From NCBI GenBank assembly GCA_964234715.1, contig OZ174281.1: DNA of 64,000 nucleotides. One strand, 5' to 3'. The DNA comes from Podarcis melisellensis (lineage: Eukaryota). The notes under the pieces were generated by a model. That model was not told the DNA's origin. It did no database searches and worked only from the letters and a program-made list of their open reading frames with translations. Below, piece by piece: positions 38,821 through 50,687 of the stretch. Every line of letters starts with the position of its first letter. The first letter of the stretch is position 1. A program made the translations under genes and the position numbers.

Positions 38821-39558
38821 GTTTATAACTAATACTCTGACTTAATTTTAGATGTTGAGCTGCTTAGTGCTGCCCACTCAATCCCACTTGTGGAAATTCT
38901 GTATATACATTTCTGCTCTGCCTAACGTGTAGGATTATGAAGGAGTGTGTGTACGTGTACTTCTGAAACAAGAAGTACACACATATATTTGCATTTTTAT
39001 ACTGTGCACATGACCTGTCTGACATATTCCATGTGTGAGATGGCAAGCACCCATCTTAAGTTTTTATAGATAAAATAGTAATCCCAAGAAAAAAACCAGC
39101 ACCAAACTTTTAAAACATAGAAAAGTTAAAATAACCTCAACTTTCTAAGCATGTGGGTGGACTTGCCTAAACAAGAATGTGTTTAGCTGTCACTGAAAAA
39201 AGTACAGTGAAGGTGCCTGCATGATCTCAATAGGCAAGAAGTTCCAAAGTTTAGGAGCTGCCACAGAAAATGAACAAGTCCATACAAATGCGGAACAGGT
39301 ATGATGTGACTTCTGTAATAGTGCCAATGCTGCCAGTTGGAGGTTGTTGATAGGGCACATGTGGGGTAAGGCAATCTCTTAGGTAAATTGCTCCCAAGTT
39401 GTTTACTTAAATGTTCACGGCTTCATTAATCAGGAGATAACTGCAGTGTGTTTGACAGTAATCACCAAGTGCCTACTGGGTTTCTTTTGTTGTGTGTGTT
39501 TGATACAGATTCAGCTTGGAAAGTTTGTAATGAAGCCATAATTATGGTTTGCCCTGTA

Positions 39559-39805
39559 CAGTCATACCTTGGGTTGAATGCGCTTCGGGTTGAGCGTGTT
39601 CGAGTTGCGCTCCGCTGTAACGCGGAAGTAACAGAGCGTGTTACTTCCGGGTTTTGCCGCTTGCGCAGCTGCTCAAAACGATGTCATGCGCAGAAGCAGT
39701 GAAAAGCGATGCGCGCGTGCGCAGACATGCTATTGCTAGTTACGTTTGCTTCTAGATGCGAATGGGGTCCGGAACAGATCCCGTTCGTATCTAGAGGTAC
39801 CACTG
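39559..39805. mobile_element. Related Tigger/mariner-type MITE with a different, CpG-rich body (ZNF236 intron 4)
   Basis: TA-CAGTCATACCT...AGGTACCACTG-TA termini. Confidence 0.8.
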
Positions 39806-39983
39806 TATTGTTACTAGTAAAGCATCTACACTACTGTATACCTGGCCTTCATTTCTAATTCCAATTCTCTGTAGAACCAGAATTAGTTGGGATAATGATG
39901 GTAATCTGTTTACCTTTCAAATGAGGTGATAACATTGCAATTGAATTCACCATAATATTTAACTACTTAATATATGTCTACAG

Positions 39984-40108
39984 GGTATCAAACAGCCGGT
40001 CATACAACAGAAATATTGACAGAAGTGGGTTTACATATTCATGTCCACACTGTGGAAAGACTTTCCAGAAACCAAGTCAGTTAACACGGCATGTTCGAAT
40101 ACACACAG
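39984..40108 (+). CDS. ZNF236: ZNF236 exon 5 ([41 protein letters not shown]; finger 6)
   Basis: ctacag acceptor, gtaagg donor; 125 nt, phase 2-1. Not in the ORF track. Confidence 0.95.
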
Positions 40109-40344
40109 GTAAGGTGAATAAATCTATAGAGATGTGTATTTGAAAATGTGTATAGACTTCAGATAACCTAATGAACACACACTGCTTGCTTTTGCTTCCC
40201 TATATAAACTTTTTAGTTAAATAGGAGAATTGAATTCCTTTCAACTGTTGATGCTAATTCACAAAAGAAGATCTCCAGCTGAATTGGGAGGTTCAGAACA
40301 CAGCTCAATCTATTCCAGCTTAACTCTCTCATCTTCGGCTCAGC

Positions 40345-40637
40345 TGGGATCCAGTGGACTGAGCCCTAGCCGGGCAGATCTTAAGCTGGTGTAAGCCCTA
40401 AAAAAGGGATGTGATGGGACCTGAATTATGCTGGATGTTAAGCAGGTTCAGCTCAGTCACATGACTTGGCAACCTGGTGTAAGTTAAAAAGGGTGGCGTT
40501 AACTCAAACACTATTTTGAAGGCTTGCTTTCTCGCTACCAGGCATAAGGAGGCTCAGTTGTCTGGTGGATCATTACACTGGTTTAACTTACACTGGCTTG
40601 TTTTATGACAGCTTTTAGTGCATAGGATTGCTCCCTC
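40345..40637. repeat. Unclassified interspersed repeat, with an inverted diverged copy at ~45569-45835
   Basis: TTCAGCTCAGTCACATGAC and CAGCTTTTAGTGCATAGGATTGCTCCCT here; reverse complements GTCATGTGACTGAGCTGAA and AGGGAGAAATCCAGTGCACTAAAAGCTG at 45.6-45.7 kb. Confidence 0.75.
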
Positions 40638-42396
40638 ATTGTGAAATGGGACTTAGGAGCATAAATTGCTGTATGGATATACAAATTAAATGAATGCGGT
40701 CAGCTTGTAGTAGGTGCCAGTTTTTGTTGAAGTTTTATTTGGAAAGGGAGCAATGCACAAAATATTAGATGTTCAAGGTTCAGTGTTGTCCTGTGCTATG
40801 TGTACAGCCTGTACAACCTGGGCCATGGGAACTGACTCAAATACATCAATTTGCTTGTGTCAAGTTTTACTGAAATAACCTTGCAGTTTCCCATTCATGT
40901 TATTGAATGGAATAACGAACAGCTGTTTCTGGGTGAACAGCTTGCTTCTGCCTCTTCAAGTTTTGTTGACCTTTTAACTTAAATTTTCATCCTCTTTCCC
41001 TTGGCGCGTTTATTCTCTCAAGCTGGCTTCTGATGCACATTGGCAGGCAAGCTTAATGCAATCATTTTAGACCGTATGGCATGTATATATTGAAATTCTG
41101 TGCGGATAAGCTTTAATTAGTATTCTGATATTTGGTATGCCCCTAACTATCAAACATTTTGCGCATTAATGTGTATTAAATAATTTTAATGAAAGTAAAT
41201 TTAATTCTCAGAAATACGGAATAATATTTTTACAAGGACCCCCTTGTTATATGTGAAATGTAGAAAATGGCCACAAGAGGTCAGCCTTGGCCCTAATTTA
41301 AGAATTAACTATTTCAGTCCCTCCACTACCACCCCATGAAATATATTCAATTTTCAGGACTTAAGTATATCTTGAGGAGTTAGATGTTTAAATCAATGTA
41401 AGAGAGATGCAAGCTCCTACAGCTCACTTTAGATTGGCTTGAAAATGACCCCAGGAATTTTGTTGGTTATGGTTTTTCAAAGCAGTCCCTATGCAAATAG
41501 TTGGCAATAGTCTTCTCCATCAATTAGCAGACGTTTGGTTTGGTTCCCAAATCTCATACTGCATATTTGCCTCCACAAAGCACAAGAAAGTACAGAACCT
41601 GAGAGAAATACATCTGCCCTCAAAAGTCACAAAAATAGGCAAAGCCCTCCCAGCATTAAAAAGCCCCAGCCCACCCAAGTGACAAATAGGCAAGACCCCT
41701 GTTGTCTACCCTAAAAGTCACAGACAAGTAAAACTTGCTGATCCACGCCAAAGTCCACACTAACAGAAAAAACACACCAAATGCCTCTCAAAAAGCTACA
41801 AACTAATATTGTCCTTTAAGAAACAAGCAAAATATCTCCTCAAAAGGCAAAAACCACATTCACCTCCACAAATCATCCCTGCTAACCAAAAAAACAAGCA
41901 GGCAACCCTCCTCCCACCAAACGGGCAGAACATCCTTTCCATTCCCCAAACTTATGAAGTAGCAATGCTGCTCTGCTCTCTTCCTTTATTTGCTGAGAGG
42001 AATGTCTCTTTGACCAAATGGAGCCTTGATATATTTGCCTTGAAGAGTTCTATTTTTAGTCATTTAAGTACTTGGTAAAATTATGGAAATGTAATCAAGT
42101 ATTTCTTAGCAGTGGTTTAATAGAAGCATGAGCCCCTCATTTACTCGGTTACAAAGCAATATATTTATGTATAGTTGAGAAGGATGATCAGACAAAAAAT
42201 TACAATGTTTAGGGAGCTATTTTATCTATGAATGTTTGCTAGAGGGGAAAAAATACGGTTTTCCAGTAGAGTATTGTAATCATTGCTCTGTTTTACTGTA
42301 CTGTTTTACGCCAAATGCATTTAGAAATTGTTACAAATGAAAACTCATATTTCTGTTTTATGTGTGTGTGTATAAATACAATTTTATTTTTGTTAG

Positions 42397-42569
42397 GTGA
42401 AAGGCCATTTAAATGTAGTGAATGTGGAAAAGCATTTAATCAGAAGGGGGCATTGCAAACCCATATGATTAAACACACCGGTGAAAAACCCCATGCCTGT
42501 GCCTTTTGTCCTGCAGCCTTTTCTCAGAAAGGCAATCTTCAATCACATATTCAGAGAGTTCATTCAGAG
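42397..42569 (+). CDS. ZNF236: ZNF236 exon 6 ([10 protein letters not shown]...HIQRVHSE; fingers 7-8)
   Basis: tgttag acceptor, gtaaat donor; 173 nt, phase 1-0; TGEKP linkers. Confidence 0.95.
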
Positions 42570-44262
42570 GTAAATAGCACAGCTCATTTCTGTTATTGGC
42601 TATACACTTTAAATGGCAACAGGTCCTGAATTAACATCTTCATCTATATTCAATGCCTGCAGTTTCTGAAACATTCATTTTATGGTCTAATACTAGATGG
42701 AAGAAAAATATTTGGTTTCTTTTGTTTTCGATGCATCTATATATTTCCATGGAATTGTAGTAGATAATTTTCAGTCAAGTTTTTGACTTCTTTCATGAGA
42801 AGTTCTTTCTTTCTGGGGAAGGGAAGAAATTCCCCCCCCCTTACATTGTTTTTACACCTGCCCCTTCCCCCTTTTGCCCCTTCAGTGCAGCCACGAACAG
42901 CTATCATTACTTGCCGCCTTGTCTGTTAGATTCCATATTGTCTTCACAGTCACCCTATTTTCATCAACCTCTTCCAGACAGGAGAGGAGAAGGACTCGCT
43001 CTGCCTGATTGCTGAGCAGCCTACTAGGGGGTATCGTTGTTAGAAATATTGGCGGATGATAATAGTGAAGTAGCAGTTATAATGGCAGAGTTCAGAAAGG
43101 ATAAGATGAGGAGGTGTTCCATTGAAAGGGGAATGGAGATTTAAGCGTGAAAGGTGTACAAAGGGCAGAGCCAGTATGAGTTCCAAAAAAAACCATCTGT
43201 GAAATGTCACTGGTAATAGTGCTTGATATCAGCTGTAGCAGAAAAATGTATATAGCTCCTTCTGGAGCACACAAAAGCAGTTGTTCACTAAATAATACTC
43301 CCCTGATGAAGAGCTACTTTAGGGCAAAAGTAGAGATGCTAGCAATGTTTTCCATTCTTGGCCTGAATATAAGCTTCAGAAGTTTGAAGTTTTTATCTCA
43401 AAGAAGAGCTGAGCATTGCAAGGTAAGGTTCCCAAATCATTCTCCTTAGACTAAAGGCCAAGTTAGAAAGAATTCCTTACTTAAATAGTCACACCTGAAC
43501 CCTTCTCCACTTTGAAATCTAAACAGTACTTTACTGTCCAGGGTAGCAGGGTTGGAGCACTCTAGAGCAGGAGTGAGAAAGTGGAAGTTCCGATCTTTTC
43601 CCTCTCTCCCTTTCCCATGAAGTAGGTTTCCCGTGGTCCTTCAGAATGTGGTTCTGACTTCAAAAGTTGTATTGGCTTTGAAAAGAAGCTGAGCTGTTTC
43701 CAGTTGTGGGAGTTAAGTAATTGAGCTTACTTTCTGAGCCACTCTGACACATCACTATTCAAACTTACTAGGTTTTATAGAATGTTGAATCATCTTTTTT
43801 GTCCTATTTTGATTTGAGCTGCCATCCTCTTTGTGCTACACTTCCCTGCTCCTACCTCCCAGGTGGCTCCATCTCTAATCTGACACTTTCCTGCTTATAT
43901 TTTATGACCCCCCCCATTTTAATCACAGCATTTATATGAGGTACTACTTAATTTACTTAGTTTCAGCTACCAAACAAGCAAGCCCATTGACATTGTTATT
44001 CGTGGTTCAAAGAGTTTTCCATTTTTGGGGTGGAAGATAGTGTTCATTTGGTGAGTGGGAATAATTATGACATGTACAATGCTTAATAATATGGCTGGGC
44101 TTTTCCAGATCTTTAATTCCTTGAGTTCATCTGTAATTCAAATTTTACTGCACTGGTAGCTGGGGAATAAAACAGGGCTAAGGCGATGCTGGCTATAGTT
44201 TGTTGTGGTTGTAACTGCAAAGTTTTAAGACTGAGCATTCCTCTCCTCTTTTGTTCCTAAAG

Positions 44263-44409
44263 GTGAAGAATGGCCCTACATATAATTGTACAGAATGTAG
44301 TTGTATCTTCAAAAGTTTAGGCAGCTTAAATACTCATATCAGCAAGATGCATATGAGTAGCACACAGAATACAACGAGTTCTACTACAGAAACATCTCCC
44401 TTGACAACG
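44263..44409 (+). CDS. ZNF236: ZNF236 exon 7 ([12 protein letters not shown]...TETSPLTT; finger 9)
   Basis: cctaaag acceptor, ACG|gtaacc donor; 147 nt, phase 0-0. Confidence 0.92.
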
Positions 44410-44794
44410 GTAACCTTTACATTCTCATCTCTTTTGGTAAAGGGAAGCAGGCTCCCAATGTCTTTGCTCTTTGAGATAAATATTCTGTTTGTGTATGTGT
44501 GAGATATGTCATCACACTTCCTTCTAGTTGAGGCAAAATCCAGCAAGAATTATTTCCTTTAGGTCCCTCTGAAATTACTGGTTTTGCAACACCACAGTCC
44601 TCTTTGGCAATGCCAATTCATTTCAGCGAGGCGTGCCTACAGAATTGCCAAGTGAACTGTGCCATTGCCTTAATTTTTCTTTTTTAAAACAGGCGAGTCA
44701 TAGATTCTTGACAAGTAATTCATTAATCCATTGCCTGGTGTCCATGTATTGGGGATGTGCACTTTTGATCATTTAATCTTGCCTTGTAAAGCTT

Positions 44795-44950
44795 GCTTCC
44801 CCTTCCTCTAGATTCATCTGTGTATAGAAGATCCAGTACCTTAAGCTTTGTGCATCTGATGAAGTAGGCTCTTGACTGTGAAAGCTCACAGTGTTAGCCT
44901 TTAGGGAGCTGCAGGAGTCGTTGTCATTTTGATACAAAAGATTTAACACA
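44795..44950 (+). mobile_element. Decayed Penelope pLTR remnant with a hammerhead relic
   Basis: GCAT-CTGATGA-AGTAGG...CTGT-GAAAGCTC...TTAGCCTTTAGGGAGCTGCAGGA, with the same layout as 60603-60672. Confidence 0.65.
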
Positions 44951-46321
44951 GTTACTTTTTTAAAACAACTTCAAAATGTTTATTTTTTTAAAGGACTGTT
45001 TTGACTTTCAGGTATTGCTGTTTTTCATTATTGGAGAAATGTTGGTTTTGTTTGGACCTCACCCTAAACCATATTTAAAATTAAACTATGTTTTAAACAT
45101 GAACAAGTAGCATACTGGAGCATGCTGCTCAGTTGTCACTTCTGTGGTCCTCTGCTACTCCTTTTGTGTGCCAAGGAAAGAACAGATTGGAGGTTGGCTT
45201 CATGATGTACAAACATAACACTTGTGGCTTGTTTCTTGCAAACAAACTAAGTGGTAAGCCCCAAACAAACTGGTTTCTGCTTGTGGTTTGGTTTGGTGAG
45301 AAGCAAGTCATGAGCATTGTTTCTCATATAACACAAAGCCAGGCAGTGGTTTGTTTCCCCTCTCTTCCTGTGTGCTAAAGGAAGGAACAGTGGAGGAGTA
45401 CAGTGGGGGCCTTTGAGTACCATGCATTATCATGTTTCTTGTTCATGTTAAATCAAGACTGTGAATCAATACAGTGCTCAGACTATTGTGTTAAAGTCAC
45501 ACATTGCCTTTCTCTTTAATATTCATGTCAGATGCAGAATATTTCTTCCTTTCTAGCTAAAATGCACTTAGGGAGAAATCCAGTGCACTAAAAGCTGGCC
45601 CAAAACCAAGTTACACCAGATCCAAACCCCGTTCAACAGCGGGGCTACTGCTTTGACTGTACTGAAGCCTGGCAGAGGGAAATCAATCCTTTAAACTAGT
45701 GTTCCATGCTGGTTTGCCAGGTCATGTGACTGAGCTGAATGGGCTTAGGATGCAGCCTAACCCTTCTCTCTGGTCCTGCCCCTGCCACACCCCTTTTAGG
45801 GCTGGTTGAGTCTGAGATCTGCTGCATCTTAAACTGGTCATTGTGGTGGATATTGACATAAACTGTCCCCTTAAGGAAACTAATTTAAAGAAAAGAACAT
45901 TGTGAATTCAAAAATTTAACAAAACCAATTTTATGCAGTAATGTCCTTGTGGCTAAAATAAAAGGAAACAGCTAAGTGTATACTTTAATTTGATTAGCCA
46001 TTATCTTGCTTGAGTTTTAATAGATTAGTTACCAGCAGTTGCCCTTATTCATTTAAGTGCCACTTATATCCAGTAATCAGGTATATGCTAAAGAGGAAAA
46101 TCAGGGTTTTGTATCTTAATTGCTAGAAAAATAATACAACTGAAGTAGCTGTGTAAATTAAAAAATGTGATTTAAGAATATGTTTTTCTGTATAATTCAA
46201 TACTTTTTTTAAAAAAAGCATTATACTGTTTTGCTTGATATTAATTGGCAGTGGCAGTATAAAATTTTGGATTTGCATATTTTATTTTTGTACAGTTAAT
46301 GCTTCTATTCTTTTTTCATAG

Positions 46322-46393
46322 GATTCTGTGGCTCAGCCTCTGACTTTAGCAACAGTTAATTTGCTACAGCCTGTTGATAATAAATGGAAGAAT
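46322..46393 (+). CDS. ZNF236: Candidate alternative cassette exon of ZNF236 (DSVAQPLTLATVNLLQPVDNKWKN)
   Basis: Long pyrimidine tract plus catag acceptor and AAT|gtgagt donor. 72 nt, stop-free in phase 0, between two phase-0 junctions. Confidence 0.6.
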
Positions 46394-46818
46394 GTGAGTA
46401 TTCTAATTCTTAGCTTAATTGTGTTGCATTGTTATGGTAAAACATATCTTGCAAAATTTTCCACATCTTTGGATTGTGCTACAAAGTTTATTACATCTCC
46501 GTAAAACAGTTCAAAGATGTTGCAAGCTACTTTAGAGACTTCAAAGAACTTTATGCTGTGCGTTTCCACCTTAGGACCCTATTTTAATCATTTGTAAGGG
46601 TAATTTTTGTGCAGCTTGCAAGAATAGGGGGTGATAATTCAGTGGGAAAAGAATGTCGTGATCCTGTTGCCAGGGTTCGCAGAGTGTGCAATTGCATGGT
46701 GCATGTAGTCACACAATAAGGGCGATTCTCTCATGGAATGGGGCTGAAGCCAAACCTAAATAGGTGGCTAATGCTGTCAGAGTCAGTATTGTATGCCGAT
46801 TTTTATTTATTTACTTTC

Positions 46819-48487
46819 TTTTTTTTTAAAATAATTTTTATTAAGGTTTTCCAAATTAAAACAAATAAAATCCAATTCATAAACTTTTTCCAATATCCAG
46901 GACTTCCCCTCCCCTCCCCCTCTTGTGTTCCAAATCTTCCAAAAAAGCAATAATATTCAACAAATTCTTATTCCCAAAATACACTCATCATCAATAACTC
47001 AATTTATCCAAATTTCCATCCCCTAAGGTCGACCTATTCCCTTCCACGAGTTCCCCCCTTTCAAATATAGTACAGATAAAAATAGAATAAAAACAAACAA
47101 TAATTTTACAACCTTTGGATTCCAAATTTCCCTCCCCTCTTTCCCTGTTGCGTTCCTCCTATCCCTCCACTTCTAATGTCTTCCTGATGAACCCACATTT
47201 CACTAAACCCACATCCCTCTGGTTCTTTACCGGTCTTTTTTTTTTTTAATTACAGATGTCCAATCATAGAAGGAGTCTATCAAAGGGGGCCCATTTCTTC
47301 TATCCAGATTTTTATATCCAGGAGTATAAACTCCAATTTTATATCCATAAGCTTGTCAAATCTGGATATCCCAAATGTTCCCACTCCAGTTCTGTCCAGT
47401 TCTTGTTGTTTCCTTGTTCTTGTCAATCACTCTCCTCCTTTTTACATCCCTGTTCCCTCACAGAAATGTTCTTTTTCCAAAGGCTTCTAGTGTCTCTACA
47501 GAGGCTTGTTATTCAGGAGCAAAACATTACATCATGTTCCTTTCATTTTTCAACAGATTAATCCATTGTTTCCAGTAAAGTGTAGGCCTCTGTAGACAAA
47601 ATAATGTTCCATTTCTGCAGTTTCCCAGGAGATTAAAAGTTCTATCCAACTGTTCAAGTTTCCCGTCGAAAACACATGCAATGTCCCTCAGCTCCTCTAG
47701 GTGGATTACAATAACAAAGTTCCCTTCCAGATCACATCCGCCAGACCAAATAACTTATAAATCCTTATTTGAAACAATTTATCTCCAATTTATAACAAAT
47801 GTAACCGGCAAAGTCCTCATAACAAAGTCTCAATTTCATTCTTCCGTTTTGACAGCTCTTTGACAGCTGTCAAAACCTCCGTTATTCTTCTCCAGGCATT
47901 TTCACGAATCGCTCCAGGGATTCCGGGGGGGTTGCTTTTTAATCCGAATTCCACTTTTCTCCTCCAGCTCAATCTTATAAATTTCCCTCGCGAAGTTGCT
48001 AGTTCGGCAAGATAAGGTTCCTCTCGATCTTAGTTATCCAGTCCTTTGTTTTGGCTCTTCTACAATTTGGGGGGGGGCTGACTTCCTTTTTTCCACCTCC
48101 CCCGTTCGCTCCAAATTCTAAAAATTTATCCCTCTTTTTAGTCCATATTCCAATTACTCACGGGTTCTTCTTTTGGGTCCAAATTTTCAATAGAGGAAGT
48201 CAGCGCTCTCCGCCGGATGGCATGCGGCTGCGCTCGGCAGGGATAGCAGAGGACTCAAAGCACCACGCTCCTCCCCGGCACCCGATCCGTAGCCTTTAAA
48301 AAGGCTCCTTCACGAATCGAGAGGGCGCTGACGGTGCCAGCCGAGTCTCCATGTCCACGGCCTCCGTGGCCGTGGTTTTTAAGGGTCCCCGCATCGCCGG
48401 TGCGGTAGGACCCAGCCCCTGCCGAGCAGGCTCCCTCCGGAGCTCGGAGGGAGCCCGCCATTCGGCGATGGCGCCGACCCGGAAGTC
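46819..48487 (-). mobile_element. Non-autonomous L1-type retroelement, 1.67 kb, antisense in ZNF236 intron 7
   Basis: Minus strand starts GACTTCCGGGTCGGCGCCATCGCC (CpG-rich 5'UTR), has a purine-rich body, then AATAAA and a poly(A) tail. 7-bp TSD TACTTTC at 46812-46818 and 48488-48494. Confidence 0.8.
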
Positions 48488-48494
48488 TACTTTC

Positions 48495-48586
48495 AAATAT
48501 CTATACCACACTTCCATAAAAATATAGCAAGGTGGCATACTACATATAAACAAGGCTATAATAACATCAGTAAATACTTGTCGGTA

Positions 48587-48630
<44 letters not shown>

Positions 48631-48790
48631 AATGTTGCAAAGTTCTGTCTAAACAATATAGCTTTTGAAAGATATCTAAATGAAGACATAACTTCTGCTG
48701 AACCTCTACTGACAAGGAGCTTCACAGAACAGGGCCTGCCACCAAAGGCTCAGATCCTGGAAAAGAACCTCAGGAACCTCAGGAATGTTG
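48495..48790 (-). mobile_element. L2-like 3' remnant hosting the L1-type insertion
   Basis: (TTTA)n tail left of the insertion continues as ATCTATACCACACTTCC...AAGGTGGCATAC on the right; further on AAGGAGCTTCACAGAACAGGGCC. Confidence 0.5.
48586..48632. repeat. (AAAG)n microsatellite
   Basis: Read directly. Confidence 0.97.
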
Positions 48791-48933
48791 GGTGTTTTCA
48801 TTGTGGTGGAATAAGAGGTTGATGCTCATGTAAAGTAGCTAAGATTGTATAAGAGCATTTCTGGAATGGGGCCAGTGTGCTTGGTGTGAAAGTAGAAAAG
48901 CATTGCTATTGCTAGCTTTTTAATACTTATTGA

Positions 48934-49527
48934 CAGGGTGGATTTGATTTAAATCAGATTGATTTAAATCACGGTTTAAATCACTAGTCAGTAAGACTTG
49001 ATTTAAATCTTTCTTTTTTTTACAGAAAGACTCATTCTTGCTGATATAATCTTAATATTTACAACCAGAGAACGGTTTCATTTTTGTAATAATAAATTTT
49101 CAGAGTAGATTTTACATTTATATCAAAAATTACTGATTTGGTTATACTGTTAGAAATACATAGATAATTATGAAATTATTGTGAGGTTTAATAAGTTAAC
49201 TATATATTTGGACAACTTTTCTGCTGTACTTTATTGGAAGGAGAAAAATAATCATTTCCTTAATTACAATTTAAACAATTTATTTAACTAAAGCAATAAC
49301 ATTATAGCATATATATCCATGTTTGTTAACTGATGTGGTTAAAGGTGTTTTGTTTGTTTTTTTAAAAAAACAGACTGAGTTTTAGTACACATGAAAAACT
49401 TAAAACAAAACCATTATTTCCAGATGAATAGCCTTTGGACTATAATGTAACTTAAATAGAAAACTATCTTTAGAAAGATTTTTCCTCTCAACACATTTTA
49501 TTTTAATATTGATTTTTATCCACCCTG
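48934..49527. mobile_element. hAT-type non-autonomous DNA transposon
   Basis: TIRs CAGGGTGGAT...ATCCACCCTG; 8-bp TSD CTTATTGA/CTTAATGA (7/8 match); subterminal GATTTAAATC palindromes. Confidence 0.85.
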
Positions 49528-50522
49528 CTTAATGATAAAAATTTAATAAATAGATGTTCAAAATAGATGCATGTCCTCTTTGAACAAACTTTTGTTTGTG
49601 TATCCACCCTTAAAGAAGGATAATTTTATAATTTAAATTAGACCTGTAAATTGATATCTTATTGCCTCTTTCGTAGTTATTTTATTTTTATATATTTCTA
49701 TATTTTGCACTTTTTCTGCAAATATTTAACCAGTTGGCAGATAAATTGGTTCCCAAAGGGGAAGAGCATGCTAATATGAATGCACAACAGAAATGAATGC
49801 TGGATGTTATTGTTGCAGTACCTTGGAAATTCTTGGCTTGCAAGATCAGTTTCATACTTTCTCATTATTCCAGATATTGTGTAGTTAGAAATGAACTGGT
49901 CTTTCAGACTTGACGTTTACATAGGGTAATAAATTAAGGCTCATTATTCATTGATGTACATCCTTTGGGGGGGACCATATGTGCATTTTTCTAGATAGCC
50001 CAAGTTGCTTGAAGTTGGATCAGTACATTCATAGTGGTAATTGAACTAGAACTTTTGAAACCTTTTTTGTATTGACCCAGCTTATGTCCAGAAAGTAAAT
50101 GGTTGAGCCTCCATAGCTTGATTGTAAGACAACAAGGTTATCTGTACAGTCTTAATTTCACGTCTTTCATTAACACAAGTTACAGCGAGATCAGTATCAT
50201 GCAAAGCTTCAATCCTCTTATGGACATTCTACAAACTTTCATTTATTCATTTATAACTAAACCTTTTCTGACCGGTAACAGTTTGTTGGAGTATTTTGCT
50301 CGGTTGTTATATGATCCACACTGGTTTTTCCATTTGTTTCTGAATGCTATTCATGAATGACACTTTTGAAATACTTGCTCTTAATATAGGGATTACTGTA
50401 CAGTACATAAGTAGGCCAGTCCTGTAAAAAACAACAACAGTTTCATTCCAAATGTTTTGTATTGTTTAATTCCTTTACAAATGACATTTGTATATTTAAG
50501 ACGACATCTCTTTTGTCAACAG

Positions 50523-50687
50523 ACAGAAAATCCAGTAACTTCAGTGGCAGGACATCAAGGTCAGCAGTCTGTAACTGACGTCATTCAGCAACTGCTTGAG
50601 TTGTCAGAGCCAGTGGAAAATAATCAGTCTCAGCAACCTAGTCAGCAACTCAGTATGGCTGTGGGAATAAACAGAGACATTTTGCAG
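50523..50687 (+). CDS. ZNF236: ZNF236 exon 8 ([10 protein letters not shown]...[12 protein letters not shown]...GINRDILQ)
   Basis: tcttttgtcaacag acceptor, CAG|gtaggg donor; 165 nt, phase 0-0; recalled ZNF236 motif [12 protein letters not shown]. Confidence 0.9.

Noticed and set aside
43300-43335. CTGATGA as a third hammerhead or C/D-box RNA
   Set aside because: No properly placed GAAA, stem II or stem I partner.
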